A stretch of 62,723 nt of DNA, counting the filler, from Actinomycetota bacterium (GTDB lineage: Bacteria > Actinomycetota > CADDZG01 > JAHWKV01 > JAOPZY01): assembly GCA_025963875.1 (NCBI GenBank). It is 3 parts of 3 records of this genome, joined end to end, with 100 filler letters (N's around TTAATTAATTAA, not from the genome) between each part and the next. Parts side by side here need not be neighbours in the genome. Positions count along the whole stretch, not along the records: positions 1 to 23,847 come from JAOPZY010000143.1; 2 more parts are not named here. One strand, written 5' to 3'. The position numbers were made by a program, and so were the translations under genes. The notes beneath the pieces were generated by a model. The model did no database searches and was not told the DNA's origin. It was given only the letters and a program-made list of their open reading frames with translations. Below are positions 9,365-20,190 of this stretch, one piece after another (the first letter of the stretch is position 1; each line of letters begins with the position of its first letter).

Positions 9365-12010
9365 ATGGCCGATTTGCCGAAGGTCTACGACCCCCACGAG
9401 GTCGAGGAACGCCTCTACCGGTTCTGGGAGGAAGGCGGCTACTTCCACGCGGACCCCGACCCGGAGCGGCAGCCGTACACCATCGTCATGCCGCCGCCCA
9501 ACATCACCGGGGTGCTGCACCTCGGCCACGGCATGGACGAGACCCTGCAGGACGTCCTGATCCGGTGGCGCCGCATGCAGGGCTACCAGGCCCTCTGGGT
9601 CCCGGGAACCGACCACGCCGGCATCGCAACGCAGAACGTGGTCGAGCGGGAGCTGGCCAAGCAGGGCATCTCCCGCCACGACCTTGGCCGTGAAGGCTTC
9701 ATCGAGCGGGTCTGGGAGTGGCGGGAACAGTACGGCACGCGGATCATCGCCCAGCTCAAGCGCCTCGGCTGCTCCTGCGACTGGAGCCGCACCCGCTTCA
9801 CCATGGATCCCGGACTCTCCCGGGCCGTGCGCAAGGTGTTCGTCGACCTCTTCAACGAGGGCCTCATCTACCGGGGCAACCGCATCATCAACTGGTGCCC
9901 CCGCTGCGGCACCGCCATCGCGGACGTCGAGCTCGACCACAGCGATCACGACGGCGAGCTGGTGGAGTTCCGCTACCCCCTCGAAGGTGGCGGCGACATC
10001 AGCGTCGCCACGACCCGGCTCGAGACGATGCTCGGCGACGTGGCCATCGCGGTCAACCCGAGCGACGAGCGGTACGCAGCGCTTGTCGGGCGCTACGCGA
10101 TCCATCCCTTCGATGGCCGCCGGCTTCCCATCGTCGCCGACGAGGCGGTCGACCCTTCCTTCGGGAGCGGCGCGGTCAAGATCACGCCTGCGCACGACCA
10201 GACCGACTTCGAGATCGCGGAGCGCCACAACCTCGAGAAGATCAACATCTTCGACACCCGGGCGAGGGTGAACGAGCACGGGGGCCGCTTCGCCGGCATG
10301 GACCGCTACGACGCCCGTGAGGCAGTCCGTTCCGCCCTCGACGAGTTGGGCCTCATCGTCGGCACCACCCCGCACCGCTTCGCCATCGCTCGTTGCGACC
10401 GCTGCAAGACGATCGTCGAGCCGTGGCTGTCGGAGCAGTGGTTCGTGCGGATGGAGCCGCTCGCCCGGCCGGCCATCGAGGCCGTTGAGGAGGGCAGGAC
10501 CCGGTTCTATCCGGAACGCTGGACCAAGTTCTACCTCAACTGGATGAACCAGATCCGGGACTGGTGCATCTCCCGGCAGCTCTGGTGGGGACACCGCATC
10601 CCGGTCTTCTACTGCGACGTCTGCGGGGAGGCGTGGGCGGCGCTGGAGGACCCGGAGACCTGCCGCAGCTGCGGGGCCGGCCACCCCCGCCAGGACCCCG
10701 ACGTGCTCGACACATGGTTCTCCAGCCAGCTCTGGCCGTTCTCGACGCTGGGCTGGCCGGAGCAGACCCCGGACCTCGACTACTTCTATCCCACGTCGGT
10801 CCTCGTCACCGGCTACGAGATCATCCACCTCTGGGTCGCCAGGATGATGATGGCCGGCCTGCATTTCATGGGCGAGGTCCCGTTCTCGCGGGTGTTCGTC
10901 CACGGCATCGTCCGGGACGCCCAGGGCCGAAAGATGTCGAAGTCGCTTGGCAACGTCATCGACCCCCTCGACCTCATGGACCGCTACGGCACCGACGCCC
11001 TGCGCTTCATGCTCGCCGAGCACGCCACCGGGCAGGACATCTTCCTCCACGAGGAGTGGACGGCCGGGGCCCGCAACTTCGCCAACAAGCTCTGGAACGT
11101 CTCCCGGTTCGTGATCATGAACCTGGGCGACATGCCGCGCACGCTGGAAGCCCCAGCTCCCGAGGGCCTCGGAACCGCCGACCGCTGGATCCTGTCCCGG
11201 CTGGCCTCGACCATCGCCGACGTCACGGCCAACCTGGAGGGCTTCGAGCTCTCCGTGGCCGCCCGGTCGCTGTACTCCTTCGTGTGGAACGAGTTCTGCG
11301 ACTGGTACGTCGAAGTCGCCAAGCTGGCGCTCCGGGAGGATGCCACCAGGCAGAAGGCAGCGGCACAGCAGGTGCTGCGCTTCGTCCTCGAATCGATCCT
11401 CCGGCTGCTCCACCCCTTCATGCCCTTCATCACCGACGAGATCTGGCAGCGGATGCCCGGCGGCGAGCAGGCGGCCGATCCTTCGATCATGCGGGCGCCC
11501 TGGCCATCGCTGCTGCCCGACCTTGTCGACGTCCGGGTCGAGGACGACTTCGACCGGGTCCGCGACGTCGTCTCGGCCATCCGCAGCTTCCGGGCCGACC
11601 ACCACGTCGATTCCGACGCCAAGATGCGCGTCCACCTTTCTGCCGACGACCTGACGGTCGCGGAGTCGCTCGGCCGCCAACAGGCGACCATCGCCCTGCT
11701 GGGCAGGGTGCAGGAGGTGACGCTGCAAGGCGCCCGCGAGGATGGGCCCGCCACGCGGCTGGTCGCCGGACCGGTCGACATCGTCATCCCGCTGGAGGGC
11801 CTCCTCGACCTCGACGCGGAGCGTACCCGGCTTGCCAGGGCGCTCGAGAAGGTCCGCTCGGAGATCGCTCGGTTCGCGGGCAAGCTGGCGAGCGACGGGT
11901 TCCGCTCCAAGGCGCCGGCCGAGGTCGTGGCGGGTGAGCAGCGCAAGCTCGACGAAGCCAGGGCCACCGAGGAAAAGCTCCAGAGCCAGCTGCAGGAGAT
12001 CGGCGGTTAG
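9365..12010 (+). CDS. valS: valine--tRNA ligase
   Basis: PPPNITGVLHLGH (HIGH), GTDHAGIATQ, WCISRQLWWGH, KMSKS. Confidence 0.98.
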   Translation: MADLPKVYDPHEVEERLYRFWEEGGYFHADPDPERQPYTIVMPPPNITGVLHLGHGMDETLQDVLIRWRRMQGYQALWVPGTDHAGIATQNVVERELAKQGISRHDLGREGFIERVWEWREQYGTRIIAQLKRLGCSCDWSRTRFTMDPGLSRAVRKVFVDLFNEGLIYRGNRIINWCPRCGTAIADVELDHSDHDGELVEFRYPLEGGGDISVATTRLETMLGDVAIAVNPSDERYAALVGRYAIHPFDGRRLPIVADEAVDPSFGSGAVKITPAHDQTDFEIAERHNLEKINIFDTRARVNEHGGRFAGMDRYDAREAVRSALDELGLIVGTTPHRFAIARCDRCKTIVEPWLSEQWFVRMEPLARPAIEAVEEGRTRFYPERWTKFYLNWMNQIRDWCISRQLWWGHRIPVFYCDVCGEAWAALEDPETCRSCGAGHPRQDPDVLDTWFSSQLWPFSTLGWPEQTPDLDYFYPTSVLVTGYEIIHLWVARMMMAGLHFMGEVPFSRVFVHGIVRDAQGRKMSKSLGNVIDPLDLMDRYGTDALRFMLAEHATGQDIFLHEEWTAGARNFANKLWNVSRFVIMNLGDMPRTLEAPAPEGLGTADRWILSRLASTIADVTANLEGFELSVAARSLYSFVWNEFCDWYVEVAKLALREDATRQKAAAQQVLRFVLESILRLLHPFMPFITDEIWQRMPGGEQAADPSIMRAPWPSLLPDLVDVRVEDDFDRVRDVVSAIRSFRADHHVDSDAKMRVHLSADDLTVAESLGRQQATIALLGRVQEVTLQGAREDGPATRLVAGPVDIVIPLEGLLDLDAERTRLARALEKVRSEIARFAGKLASDGFRSKAPAEVVAGEQRKLDEARATEEKLQSQLQEIGG

Positions 12011-12027
12011 CGCCCAGGAGGTCCCCG

Positions 12028-13376
12028 GTGTCCCGGCCGCCCCGCTCTCGTACCGGGAGGCCTGGGCGCTCATCGAGGCACGGGGGCAGGCGATCTCGCC
12101 CGACCTCACCCGCGTCCAGGCCCTGGTTGACCTGCTCGACCACCCGGAAGCAACGTACCCGACCCTGCAGATCGCCGGGACCAACGGGAAGTCGTCGACC
12201 GCCCGCATCATCGGTGCCGTCCTCGCCGCCCACGGGCTGGCGGCGGGGGTCTACACGTCGCCGCACCTGCAGAGCATCCGGGAGCGGTACCTCCTGACCG
12301 GGCCTGTTCTCGAGCCGGCCGGGGACGCAGGGATCCTGCTCGAGGCCATCCCGCCGGACGAGTTCGCCGGCCTGGTCCAGTACCTCCTGCCCTTTGTCGA
12401 GCTGGTCGAGGCCCAGACGGGGCAGCAGGTAACGTACTTCGAATTCACGACGGTGCTCGCGTTCGAATGGATGGCGACGCACAGCGTCAAGGCTGGGATC
12501 TACGAGGCGGGCATGGGCGGGGCCTGGGACGCCACGAACGTCGTCCCGAGCGGCGTCGCAGTCCTGACGCACATCGCCGTCGATCACGCCGCCATGCTCG
12601 GCCCCACCCCTCTCGACAACGCCAGGGAGAAGGTGGGCATCATCAAGCCCGGGGCCAGCGTCGTCTCGGCGGTGCAGGCCCCCGACGTCGCGCAGCTGGT
12701 GGCGACGACCGCCGCCGATGTCGGGGCCAAGCTCGTGCTGATGGACCGCGACTTCCGGCTCCGGGTCGACGAGCTCGCCCTGCGGGGCCGCCTCATCACC
12801 GTCGAGGGGCCGGCCGGCGGCGTCTACGAGGAGGTGTTCCTGCCGCTCCTGGGCCACCACCAGGCCCTCAACGCCACGCTGGCACTTGCGGCGTGCGAGG
12901 AGCTGGTCGGCCGCCCGCTCGACGCCGGCGCGGTCGAGGCCGGGCTGGCGTCGGTCACCTCGCCCGGCCGGATGGAGGTCGTCGCCCGGGAACCGGTGGT
13001 GGTGCTCGACGGGGCCCACAACCCGGAGGCGGCTGGGGTGCTCGGCCAGGCGTTGCAGGAGACCTTCGGGCGCCGGGAGCGCACCATCGTGGCATCGATC
13101 TTCGAGGACAAGGACATCGAGGGCATGCTGGCGGCCCTCCTTCCGTACGCCACCCGGACGATCTTCACCCGCAACGCCAACCCGAGAGCCGCCGACCCCG
13201 TTCGCCTGGCCGAGGTCGCCACCCGCCTGGGCTTCGAGTCCGAGATCGTGGAGCCCCTCGCCGAAGCGATCGAGGTCGCCCGCCGGGCGGCGGGCGAGCA
13301 CGGCGTCGTCGTGGTCACCGGCTCGCTCTCGACGGCGGGCGAGGCCCGCACGCTGCTGGTGGGGCCGGTGGAGTAG
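12028..13376 (+). CDS. folC: folylpolyglutamate/dihydrofolate synthase; start ambiguous, apparent frameshift near 12040-12045
   Basis: IAGTNGKSS, YTSPHL, EAGMGG..DATN, DGAHN; the SD-preceded GTG at 12028 is out of frame with the catalytic body. Confidence 0.85.
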
Positions 13377-13486
13377 GAAGTTCGCGACTTCTCCGCGCCG
13401 GCAAGCCGTCGCGAAATTCCACTGAGGGGGGCCTCCGAGGTTGTACGCGGCCCGTTTTCCGCCCGAATTGCTCCGTTTTCGACCGG

Positions 13487-13548
13487 CCCTGGTCCGAAGT
13501 TGGGAGCGAATCGCGCGTATGCGCGCGCTAGGCTCCCAACCTCCTCCT
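13487..13548. repeat. 62-bp palindromic dispersed repeat, copy 1
   Basis: matches 24320-24381 with 2 mismatches; TTGGGAGC...CGCGCG(T/C)ATGCGCGCG...GCTCCCAA hairpin. Confidence 0.9.
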
Positions 13549-13672
13549 CCTCCGGTCCCTGGGTGGCGCGGAGCTCCCGAGAAGCCATACCCCCGGCTCG
13601 CCATTTTGCGACGGGCTCCGAGGTACGGATAACTCGCCAAACCTCGCGTCCCATCCTCTATCATGCCGCCCG

Positions 13673-14101
13673 ATGGCAACCACGGAGCGCACCCTCATGT
13701 TCGTCAAGCCCGACGGCGTCCGGCGCGGCCTCGTGGGCGAGGTCGTCCAGCGAGTCGAGCGCAAGGGGCTCAAGATCGTGGCTCTGCGGATGCTCCAGGC
13801 CGACGTTCGCCTCGCCGGCGCCCTCTACGCCGAGCATGAGGGCAAGCCCTTCTATGACGCCCTCGTCGCCTTCGTCACCTCGGGCCCGATCGTGGCGATG
13901 GCACTCGAGGCACCGCAGGCCCACGTGGTCGCTCGCTCCCTCATGGGAGCCACAGATCCGGTCAAAGCCGCGCCAGGCACGATCCGGGGAGACCTCGGCC
14001 TGGTGATCGACGCCAACGTCGTGCACGGCTCGGATTCCACGGCGTCGGCGGAGCGCGAACTGGGCCTGTTTTTTCCGGAGCTTCCGCCTGCCGGAGGCTG
14101 A
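13673..14101 (+). CDS. ndk: nucleoside diphosphate kinase
   Basis: ERTLMFVKPDGV, PGTIRGD, NVVHGSDS. Confidence 0.97.
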   Translation: MATTERTLMFVKPDGVRRGLVGEVVQRVERKGLKIVALRMLQADVRLAGALYAEHEGKPFYDALVAFVTSGPIVAMALEAPQAHVVARSLMGATDPVKAAPGTIRGDLGLVIDANVVHGSDSTASAERELGLFFPELPPAGG

Positions 14102-14220
14102 GACTCGGCCGCCCAAGCCACACATGTTTGGCCTCTTTGGCGTAGGGTAGTCCGCGACCGGCCGCAGCGGTTTGCTTGCGGCTGGACGCGTCAGGCCCAC
14201 GCGCGCGAGGAGAGCCGACG

Positions 14221-15258
14221 ATGCCATGGGATCGTGCATTTCAATTCATGGGCAGGGACATGGCCGTCGACCTTGGGACGGCCAACACCCTGGTCTACGT
14301 GCGCGGCCGGGGCACGGTACTGAACGAGCCTTCGGTCGTCGCTATCAACACCAAGACCGGCGCCATCCTGGCGGTCGGTTCGGAGGCCAAGCGGATGATC
14401 GGCCGGACCCCCGGCCACATCCTTGCCATCCGGCCCCTGAAAGACGGCGTCATCGCCGACTTCGACGTCACGGAGAAGATGCTGCGCTACTTCATCCAAA
14501 AGGTGCACAAGCGCCGGGTACTCGCCAAGCCGCGCGTCGTGATCTGCGTACCCTCGGGGATCACGGGTGTCGAGCAGCGGGCAGTCGAGGAGGCTGCCAT
14601 CGCCGCGGGAGCCCGGGCCGCCTACATCATCGAGGAGCCGATGGCCGCTGCCATTGGCGCCGGCCTGCCGGTGCACGAGCCGGCCGGCAACATGGTCGTC
14701 GACATCGGGGGAGGCACGACCGAAGTGGCCGTGATCTCCCTCGGGGGCATCGTCACCGCCCTCTCCATCCGCATCGGTGGGGACGAGCTCGACGAGGCGA
14801 TCATCGCCTACATCAAGAAGGAGTACTCGCTGGCGCTGGGGGAGCGCACCGCCGAGGAGATCAAGATGGCCATCGGCTCCGCGTTCCCCCTGCCGGACGA
14901 GCCGAACGCAGAGATCCGTGGGCGCGACCTCGTCACCGGGCTGCCGAAGACGATCATCGTGTCGTCGGAGGAGATCCGCCGAGCCATCGAGGAGCCGGTG
15001 AACGCGGTCGTCGACGCCGTGAAGTCGACGCTCGACCGGACGCCACCGGAGCTGGCTGCAGACATCATGGACAAGGGAATCGTGCTGACCGGCGGGGGAG
15101 CCCTGCTGAAGGGCCTCGACGAGCGGCTGAAGCACGAGACCGGCATGCCCGTGCATCTGACCGAGAACCCGCTCTCGTGCGTGGCGATCGGTTCCGGCAA
15201 ATGTCTGGAGGAATTCGAGGCGCTGAAGCCGATGCTCATCGCTTCGAGCCGCCACTGA
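14221..15258 (+). CDS. mreB: rod shape-determining protein MreB
   Basis: [31 protein letters not shown]. Confidence 0.97.
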   Translation: MPWDRAFQFMGRDMAVDLGTANTLVYVRGRGTVLNEPSVVAINTKTGAILAVGSEAKRMIGRTPGHILAIRPLKDGVIADFDVTEKMLRYFIQKVHKRRVLAKPRVVICVPSGITGVEQRAVEEAAIAAGARAAYIIEEPMAAAIGAGLPVHEPAGNMVVDIGGGTTEVAVISLGGIVTALSIRIGGDELDEAIIAYIKKEYSLALGERTAEEIKMAIGSAFPLPDEPNAEIRGRDLVTGLPKTIIVSSEEIRRAIEEPVNAVVDAVKSTLDRTPPELAADIMDKGIVLTGGGALLKGLDERLKHETGMPVHLTENPLSCVAIGSGKCLEEFEALKPMLIASSRH

Positions 15259-15295
15259 GCCGGCAGCCTCCCCAAGCACTCTTCGGGAGGTAGCT

Positions 15296-16150
15296 TTGAG
15301 CAGAACGTCATATCGAAGGTCGACCCGGTCCCGGGTCGTCCTGGCGGCGCTGCTGGCGGCGAGCGTCACCGTCGTCACGCTCGACTTCCGGCAGGGCTCC
15401 GGCGGGCCGCTCCGCAAGGTGCAGGACCAGGTCCTGACCGTCATCGCCCCGCTGCAGTCCGGGGTCAGCCGCGCCCTGTCGCCCGTGGGCCACCTCTTCC
15501 GGTCCGTCGGCGACATCCCGAACCTGCAGAGCCAGAACGACAAGCTCCGCAAGCAGGTCTCCGCCCTGCAGGATCAGCAGAACCAGGTCCCCGAGATGCA
15601 GCGCCAGCTCAACGAGGCGCTGGCACTCCTGCACGAGCAGCGCTGGAACGCCGGCCACAAGCTCGGAGCGAGCGTGATCAGCGAGGGTCCCTCCAACGCG
15701 GAGTGGACGGTGTTCCTCGACAAGGGAGCCGCCGCCGGCGTGCAGGTGGGCATGGCGGTCGTGGCGCAGGCCGGCCTCGTCGGGCGCGTCACTGCGGTGA
15801 GCCCGGCGTCCTCCAAGGTCCTCCTTGCCGTGGATCCCCAGCACGCCGTGGGGGCCCGCCTCACGGGGAGCGGCGACACGGGCGTCGTCAGCGGCAAGGG
15901 ACAGTCCGACCTGAGCTTCGACCTCATCGGGGTGACCACGACGGTGACGCCGGGCGAGACGGTCGTCACGTCCGGCTATGACGGCGGCATCTATCCGCCC
16001 AGCATCCCCATCGGCCGGGTGAAGGTCGCCCGACGGTCGCCCGACGGCCTCAACCAGACGGCCCTGGTGCAACCGTTCGTCGACTTCAACAAGCTCAGCC
16101 TGGTGCTGATCCTCCTCGACACCCGGCCCGTCAAGCTGCCGGGCCAGTAG
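15296..16150 (+). CDS. mreC: rod shape-determining protein MreC
   Basis: TM, coiled coil, LDKG...GLVGRV, VVTSG, PIG; synteny. Confidence 0.93.
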   Translation: MSRTSYRRSTRSRVVLAALLAASVTVVTLDFRQGSGGPLRKVQDQVLTVIAPLQSGVSRALSPVGHLFRSVGDIPNLQSQNDKLRKQVSALQDQQNQVPEMQRQLNEALALLHEQRWNAGHKLGASVISEGPSNAEWTVFLDKGAAAGVQVGMAVVAQAGLVGRVTAVSPASSKVLLAVDPQHAVGARLTGSGDTGVVSGKGQSDLSFDLIGVTTTVTPGETVVTSGYDGGIYPPSIPIGRVKVARRSPDGLNQTALVQPFVDFNKLSLVLILLDTRPVKLPGQ

Positions 16151-16172
16151 CCGGCGGAGGCGGTCGAAGGGT

Positions 16173-16712
16173 ATGCGCCGAAGCCTCGGGACCTCCCTGC
16201 TCATCGTCACCGCGCTCATCCTGCAGACGACGCTGCTGCCGCACCTCGCCCTGTTCCGGGTGGTCCCCGACCTGATGCTCGTCGTGGTGATCTGCATCGG
16301 CCTCGTCCGCGGGCCCTCCTCGGGCGCCACCGCCGGCTTTGCCGGGGGGATGCTGCGTGACCTCCTCCTCGACGCCCCCACGGGCCTCTCCGCGCTCGCC
16401 TACCTCACGGTGGGCTACGTGGTGGGGGCGGTCCGGCCCTACGTCCAGTCGTCCAGCGTCGCCGTGCCGCTGATCGGCGTCTTTGCGGGCAGCGTGGTCG
16501 GGACCGCGTTCTACACGATGCTCGCCCTGCTGCTCGGCGTGCCCGCCCAGCCGGTCGACCGGGTGGCACAGGTGATCCTACTGACCGGGGTGTACAACAC
16601 GTTGCTCGTGCCGTTCGCATACCCTGTGGTCCGCCGCGTCGCCGGCGGGGCTCAAAGGTCCGGTGCGAGTTCGGGCCGTGGCGAGTCTGTCGTGCCGGGG
16701 AGGACCTTTTGA
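16173..16712 (+). CDS. mreD: rod shape-determining protein MreD
   Basis: hydrophobic, PDL...GFAGG.LRD; synteny. Confidence 0.92.
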   Translation: MRRSLGTSLLIVTALILQTTLLPHLALFRVVPDLMLVVVICIGLVRGPSSGATAGFAGGMLRDLLLDAPTGLSALAYLTVGYVVGAVRPYVQSSSVAVPLIGVFAGSVVGTAFYTMLALLLGVPAQPVDRVAQVILLTGVYNTLLVPFAYPVVRRVAGGAQRSGASSGRGESVVPGRTF

Positions 16713-18673
16713 AGGCGATGAATCAGGGCGCGGACAAGGTCCATCTCCGTATCGCCGTCCTGGGGATGGTCTTCCTGTCGCTCGTCGTCGCCCTCGTCCT
16801 TCGCCTGTGGTTCCTCCAGGTCCTGTCCGTCGACAGTTTCCGGAAGCTGGCCGATCAGAACTACGTCCGGGTCGTGCCGAAGCTGGCGGCCCGGGGGCGG
16901 ATCCTCGACCGCAACGGCCAGGTGCTCGTCGACAACCGCCAGTCGCTGGTCGTCACCGTCGACCGCGGCGCGGTGTCCACCACGGACGCAAAGAAGAAGC
17001 TCCACCTGACCCCGAAAGGGACAGTCACGCTCAACAACCTCTCGCAGCTCCTCGGGGTCCCCGTGGCGACGCTGCTCGACAAGCTGCAGACCACCCAGGT
17101 CGGCCCCTTGACGCCGGCGCCGGTGGCAACCGACGTGACCAAGGACCAGGTCGTCTACCTCGAGGAGCACCAGGACCTGTTCCCCGGCGTCTCCTACGTC
17201 CAGGAGCCGTTGCGCGACTACCCGAACGGGTCGCTCGCCGCCCACGCGCTCGGCACCGTCGGCATCTACCCGGTCGCCACGACCAGCGGAGCCTCCGACG
17301 CCAACCGCTACAAGGCGTACTCCCCCGGGACCGTGATCGGCCGCGGTGGCATCGAGTACGCCTACGAGAAGTACCTGCACGGCACCGACGGCTTCACCAA
17401 GTACCAGGTGGACGCCTCTGGCAACGTCCGTGGGATCCTCGGCACCCAGGAGCCGACGCCCGGCGACGACGTCGTGACGACGATCGACAAGAACATCCAG
17501 ACGCTCGCCGAGGCGTCCCTGGCCGACGGCCTCGCCAAGGCCCGCACCATCTACGACAAGGTGTCGAACAAGGACTACGTGGCGCCGGCGGGCGGCGTCG
17601 TGGTGATGGACCCCAACAACGGCCAGGTCATCGCCATGGCGTCCTCGCCGACGTACGACCCCACCCAGTTCGCCGTGGGCATCACGAGCGCCCAGTACGC
17701 GGCGGAGTTCCAGAACAACCCGGCCCAGCCCTTGATCGACCGGGTGACCCAGGCGCAGTACCCGCCGGGTTCGACCTTCAAGGTCGTGACGGCGGCGGCG
17801 GCGATGACCGAGGGATTCGCCAACCCGAACGGCGGGTTTGCCTGCCCCTCCCAGGTCCGCCTCTACGACCAGACCTTCAACAACTGGCAGACGTTCGACA
17901 GCGGCACCATCTCGTTGCAGCAGGCCCTCATCCAGAGTTGCGACACCGTCTTCTACAACTTCGGCCAGACGTTCTGGCAGCGGTTCCGGGCGGGCCAGGG
18001 CGAACAGCTCCAGGCCTTCGCCCGCGACTTCGGCCTCGGCTCGACCACCGGCCTGGAGATCCCGGGCGAGCAGTCTGGGCGGGTGCCGGACGACGCCTGG
18101 CTGCAGAGCCAGCACAAGGCCAACCCGAAGGCGTTCCCCTACAACATCTGGCTCCCGGGCTACACGATCCAGATGGCGATCGGCCAGGGCGATCTCCTGG
18201 TGACGCCGCTGCAGCTCGCCGCTGCCTACGGGGCCATCGCCAACAACGGCACGCTGTACCAGCCTCAGCTCGGCATGAAGGTCCTGGATGTCAGCCAGAC
18301 GGTGACGTCGGTGACGCCGAAGGTCACCCGGCAGGTGCCGGTGAACCCCCAGGCGATGAGCGTGATCCAGGAGGGCCTGAGGTCCGTCGCCGTCCAGCAG
18401 CCGCTGGGGACCGCCGTCGGCGCCTTCATCGGCTTCCCGTTCGACAAGGTGAGCGTTGCCGCCAAGACCGGGACCGCGGACATCAACGGCAAGCAGCCCT
18501 ATGCCTGGTTCGCAAGCTACGCCCCCGCCGACCACCCGCAGTACGTCGTCGTCGTGATGCTCGAGCAGGCCGGACACGGCGGCGAGACGGCCGCCCCCAT
18601 CGCCCGGCGCATCCTCGAGGGCCTCTTCAACCTGCCGGCGACCAAGATCGCCCCTGCGGCCAGGACCGACTGA
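16709..18673 (+). CDS. mrdA: penicillin-binding protein 2 (class B)
   Basis: RGRILDRNG, PGSTFK (SxxK), SCD, KTGTA. Confidence 0.94.
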   Translation: MKAMNQGADKVHLRIAVLGMVFLSLVVALVLRLWFLQVLSVDSFRKLADQNYVRVVPKLAARGRILDRNGQVLVDNRQSLVVTVDRGAVSTTDAKKKLHLTPKGTVTLNNLSQLLGVPVATLLDKLQTTQVGPLTPAPVATDVTKDQVVYLEEHQDLFPGVSYVQEPLRDYPNGSLAAHALGTVGIYPVATTSGASDANRYKAYSPGTVIGRGGIEYAYEKYLHGTDGFTKYQVDASGNVRGILGTQEPTPGDDVVTTIDKNIQTLAEASLADGLAKARTIYDKVSNKDYVAPAGGVVVMDPNNGQVIAMASSPTYDPTQFAVGITSAQYAAEFQNNPAQPLIDRVTQAQYPPGSTFKVVTAAAAMTEGFANPNGGFACPSQVRLYDQTFNNWQTFDSGTISLQQALIQSCDTVFYNFGQTFWQRFRAGQGEQLQAFARDFGLGSTTGLEIPGEQSGRVPDDAWLQSQHKANPKAFPYNIWLPGYTIQMAIGQGDLLVTPLQLAAAYGAIANNGTLYQPQLGMKVLDVSQTVTSVTPKVTRQVPVNPQAMSVIQEGLRSVAVQQPLGTAVGAFIGFPFDKVSVAAKTGTADINGKQPYAWFASYAPADHPQYVVVVMLEQAGHGGETAAPIARRILEGLFNLPATKIAPAARTD

Positions 18674-18686
18674 TGGGGAGGCCCTG

Positions 18687-19862
18687 ATGGCGAAGCAGGA
18701 CGTCTACCTCGGCAGGATCGAGACCATCGGCGGTCACCAGCTCCTGTCCGGCTGGCTCTCCGCCAAGCACCCGCTCCGCCACATGGACCTGCCGCTGTTC
18801 ACCGCCGCCCTCGCCACGGCCGCCCTCGGGTGCATCGCCATCTACTCGGCGACGAGGCCCAGCCTGCTGGCGCTCGGCAGGGACCCCAACTTCTACCTGA
18901 AGCGCCAGCTCGCCTTCCTCGCCCTGGCGATGGTCGTCTTCGTCATCTCGCTGCTGTTCGACTACCGACAGCTCCGGGGCCTGGCGCCGCTCATCTACCT
19001 GGCCGGCATCGGGCTGCTGGTGCTCGTGCTGTCGCCCATCGGCCATACCACGCTCGGGGCGCAACGATGGATCACGGTCGGGATCCTGCAGATCCAGCCG
19101 TCCGAGATCATGAAACTTGTGCTGATCGTCGCGCTCTCGGCGCTCTGGGCGGACAAGGGAGCCAACACAGGTCTTGGGCGCGTGGTGCTGGCGGTCGCCC
19201 TTGCCGCCGTTCCTGCCGCGCTCATCTACCTCCAGCCCGACCTCGGGACGGTCCTCGTGCTGGTGTTCCTGGCGTTCTCGATCGTGGTCGTGGCGGGGGC
19301 GAGGCTGCGCTGGATCGGGCTCCTCGTGGCCCTCAGCGCCGGCGTCTTCGTGCTGGTGCTGCACCTGGGCCTGCTCCACGACTACCAGATCAAGCGGCTC
19401 ACGGCGTTCCTCGACCAGAGCTCCAAGAGCACCGCCGCCTACAACCTCCAGCAGTCCCGTACGGCCGTGGCGTCGGGGGGCCTGACCGGCAAGGGCCTGT
19501 TTCGCGGCACCCAGACCAATCTGGACTACGTGCCCGAGAACCACACCGACTTCATCTTCACCGTGGTGGGGGAGGAGACGGGATTCGCCGGGTCCCTCCT
19601 GCTGATCGGGCTGTTTTCGTTCCTCATCTGGCGCGCCCTGCGGATCGCCATGATGTCCAAGGACCAGTTCGGCGCGCGATTGGCGGCCGGCGTGGGGGCC
19701 ATGCTCGCGTTCCAGCTCTTCATCAACGTGGGGATGACCATCGGCATCGTGCCCGTGGTCGGTATCCCACTGCCGTTCGTCTCGTACGGCGGTTCGTCCC
19801 TCTTGACGAGCTTCTGCGCCGTCGGGATCCTCATGAACATCCATATGAGACGGTTCATCTAG
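18687..19862 (+). CDS. rodA: SEDS glycosyltransferase RodA
   Basis: GAQRWI, QPSE, QPDLGT, PENHTDFIF, PFVSYGGSS. Confidence 0.95.
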   Translation: MAKQDVYLGRIETIGGHQLLSGWLSAKHPLRHMDLPLFTAALATAALGCIAIYSATRPSLLALGRDPNFYLKRQLAFLALAMVVFVISLLFDYRQLRGLAPLIYLAGIGLLVLVLSPIGHTTLGAQRWITVGILQIQPSEIMKLVLIVALSALWADKGANTGLGRVVLAVALAAVPAALIYLQPDLGTVLVLVFLAFSIVVVAGARLRWIGLLVALSAGVFVLVLHLGLLHDYQIKRLTAFLDQSSKSTAAYNLQQSRTAVASGGLTGKGLFRGTQTNLDYVPENHTDFIFTVVGEETGFAGSLLLIGLFSFLIWRALRIAMMSKDQFGARLAAGVGAMLAFQLFINVGMTIGIVPVVGIPLPFVSYGGSSLLTSFCAVGILMNIHMRRFI

Positions 19863-20190
19863 CCGCTGTAAGCTGGAGTGCAGGAGGTGTGTAAACATTC
19901 CGTGGTATACGACGGTTTTCTTACAGACCTCTTTCCGCCCCGCACGCGATCCCTTCCCCTGGGGGGATTCGTTGCCCCCAGGGCCGCCTCGTGCGAGGAT
20001 TCCGGAAGGTAAGCGCCGGACAAGCGGGTTCAACCAAAGGGTTCGGACCCACCGCGCGCACAAGGATTTCGCTGCCGGTAGAGAGGGAGCGGCCGCCAAT
20101 GCTGGCAGGCCATCCCGGGTGAACCGGCGGCGGGCGGCGGGACAGTCCCCTTCTGTGGACCGCCTCGCCCCTGAGCAGTGAGGAGGTTAT

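Noticed and set aside
9233..12211. 992-aa minus-strand ORF and many other long antisense ORFs
   Set aside because: Shadows of real genes in high-GC DNA; no motifs
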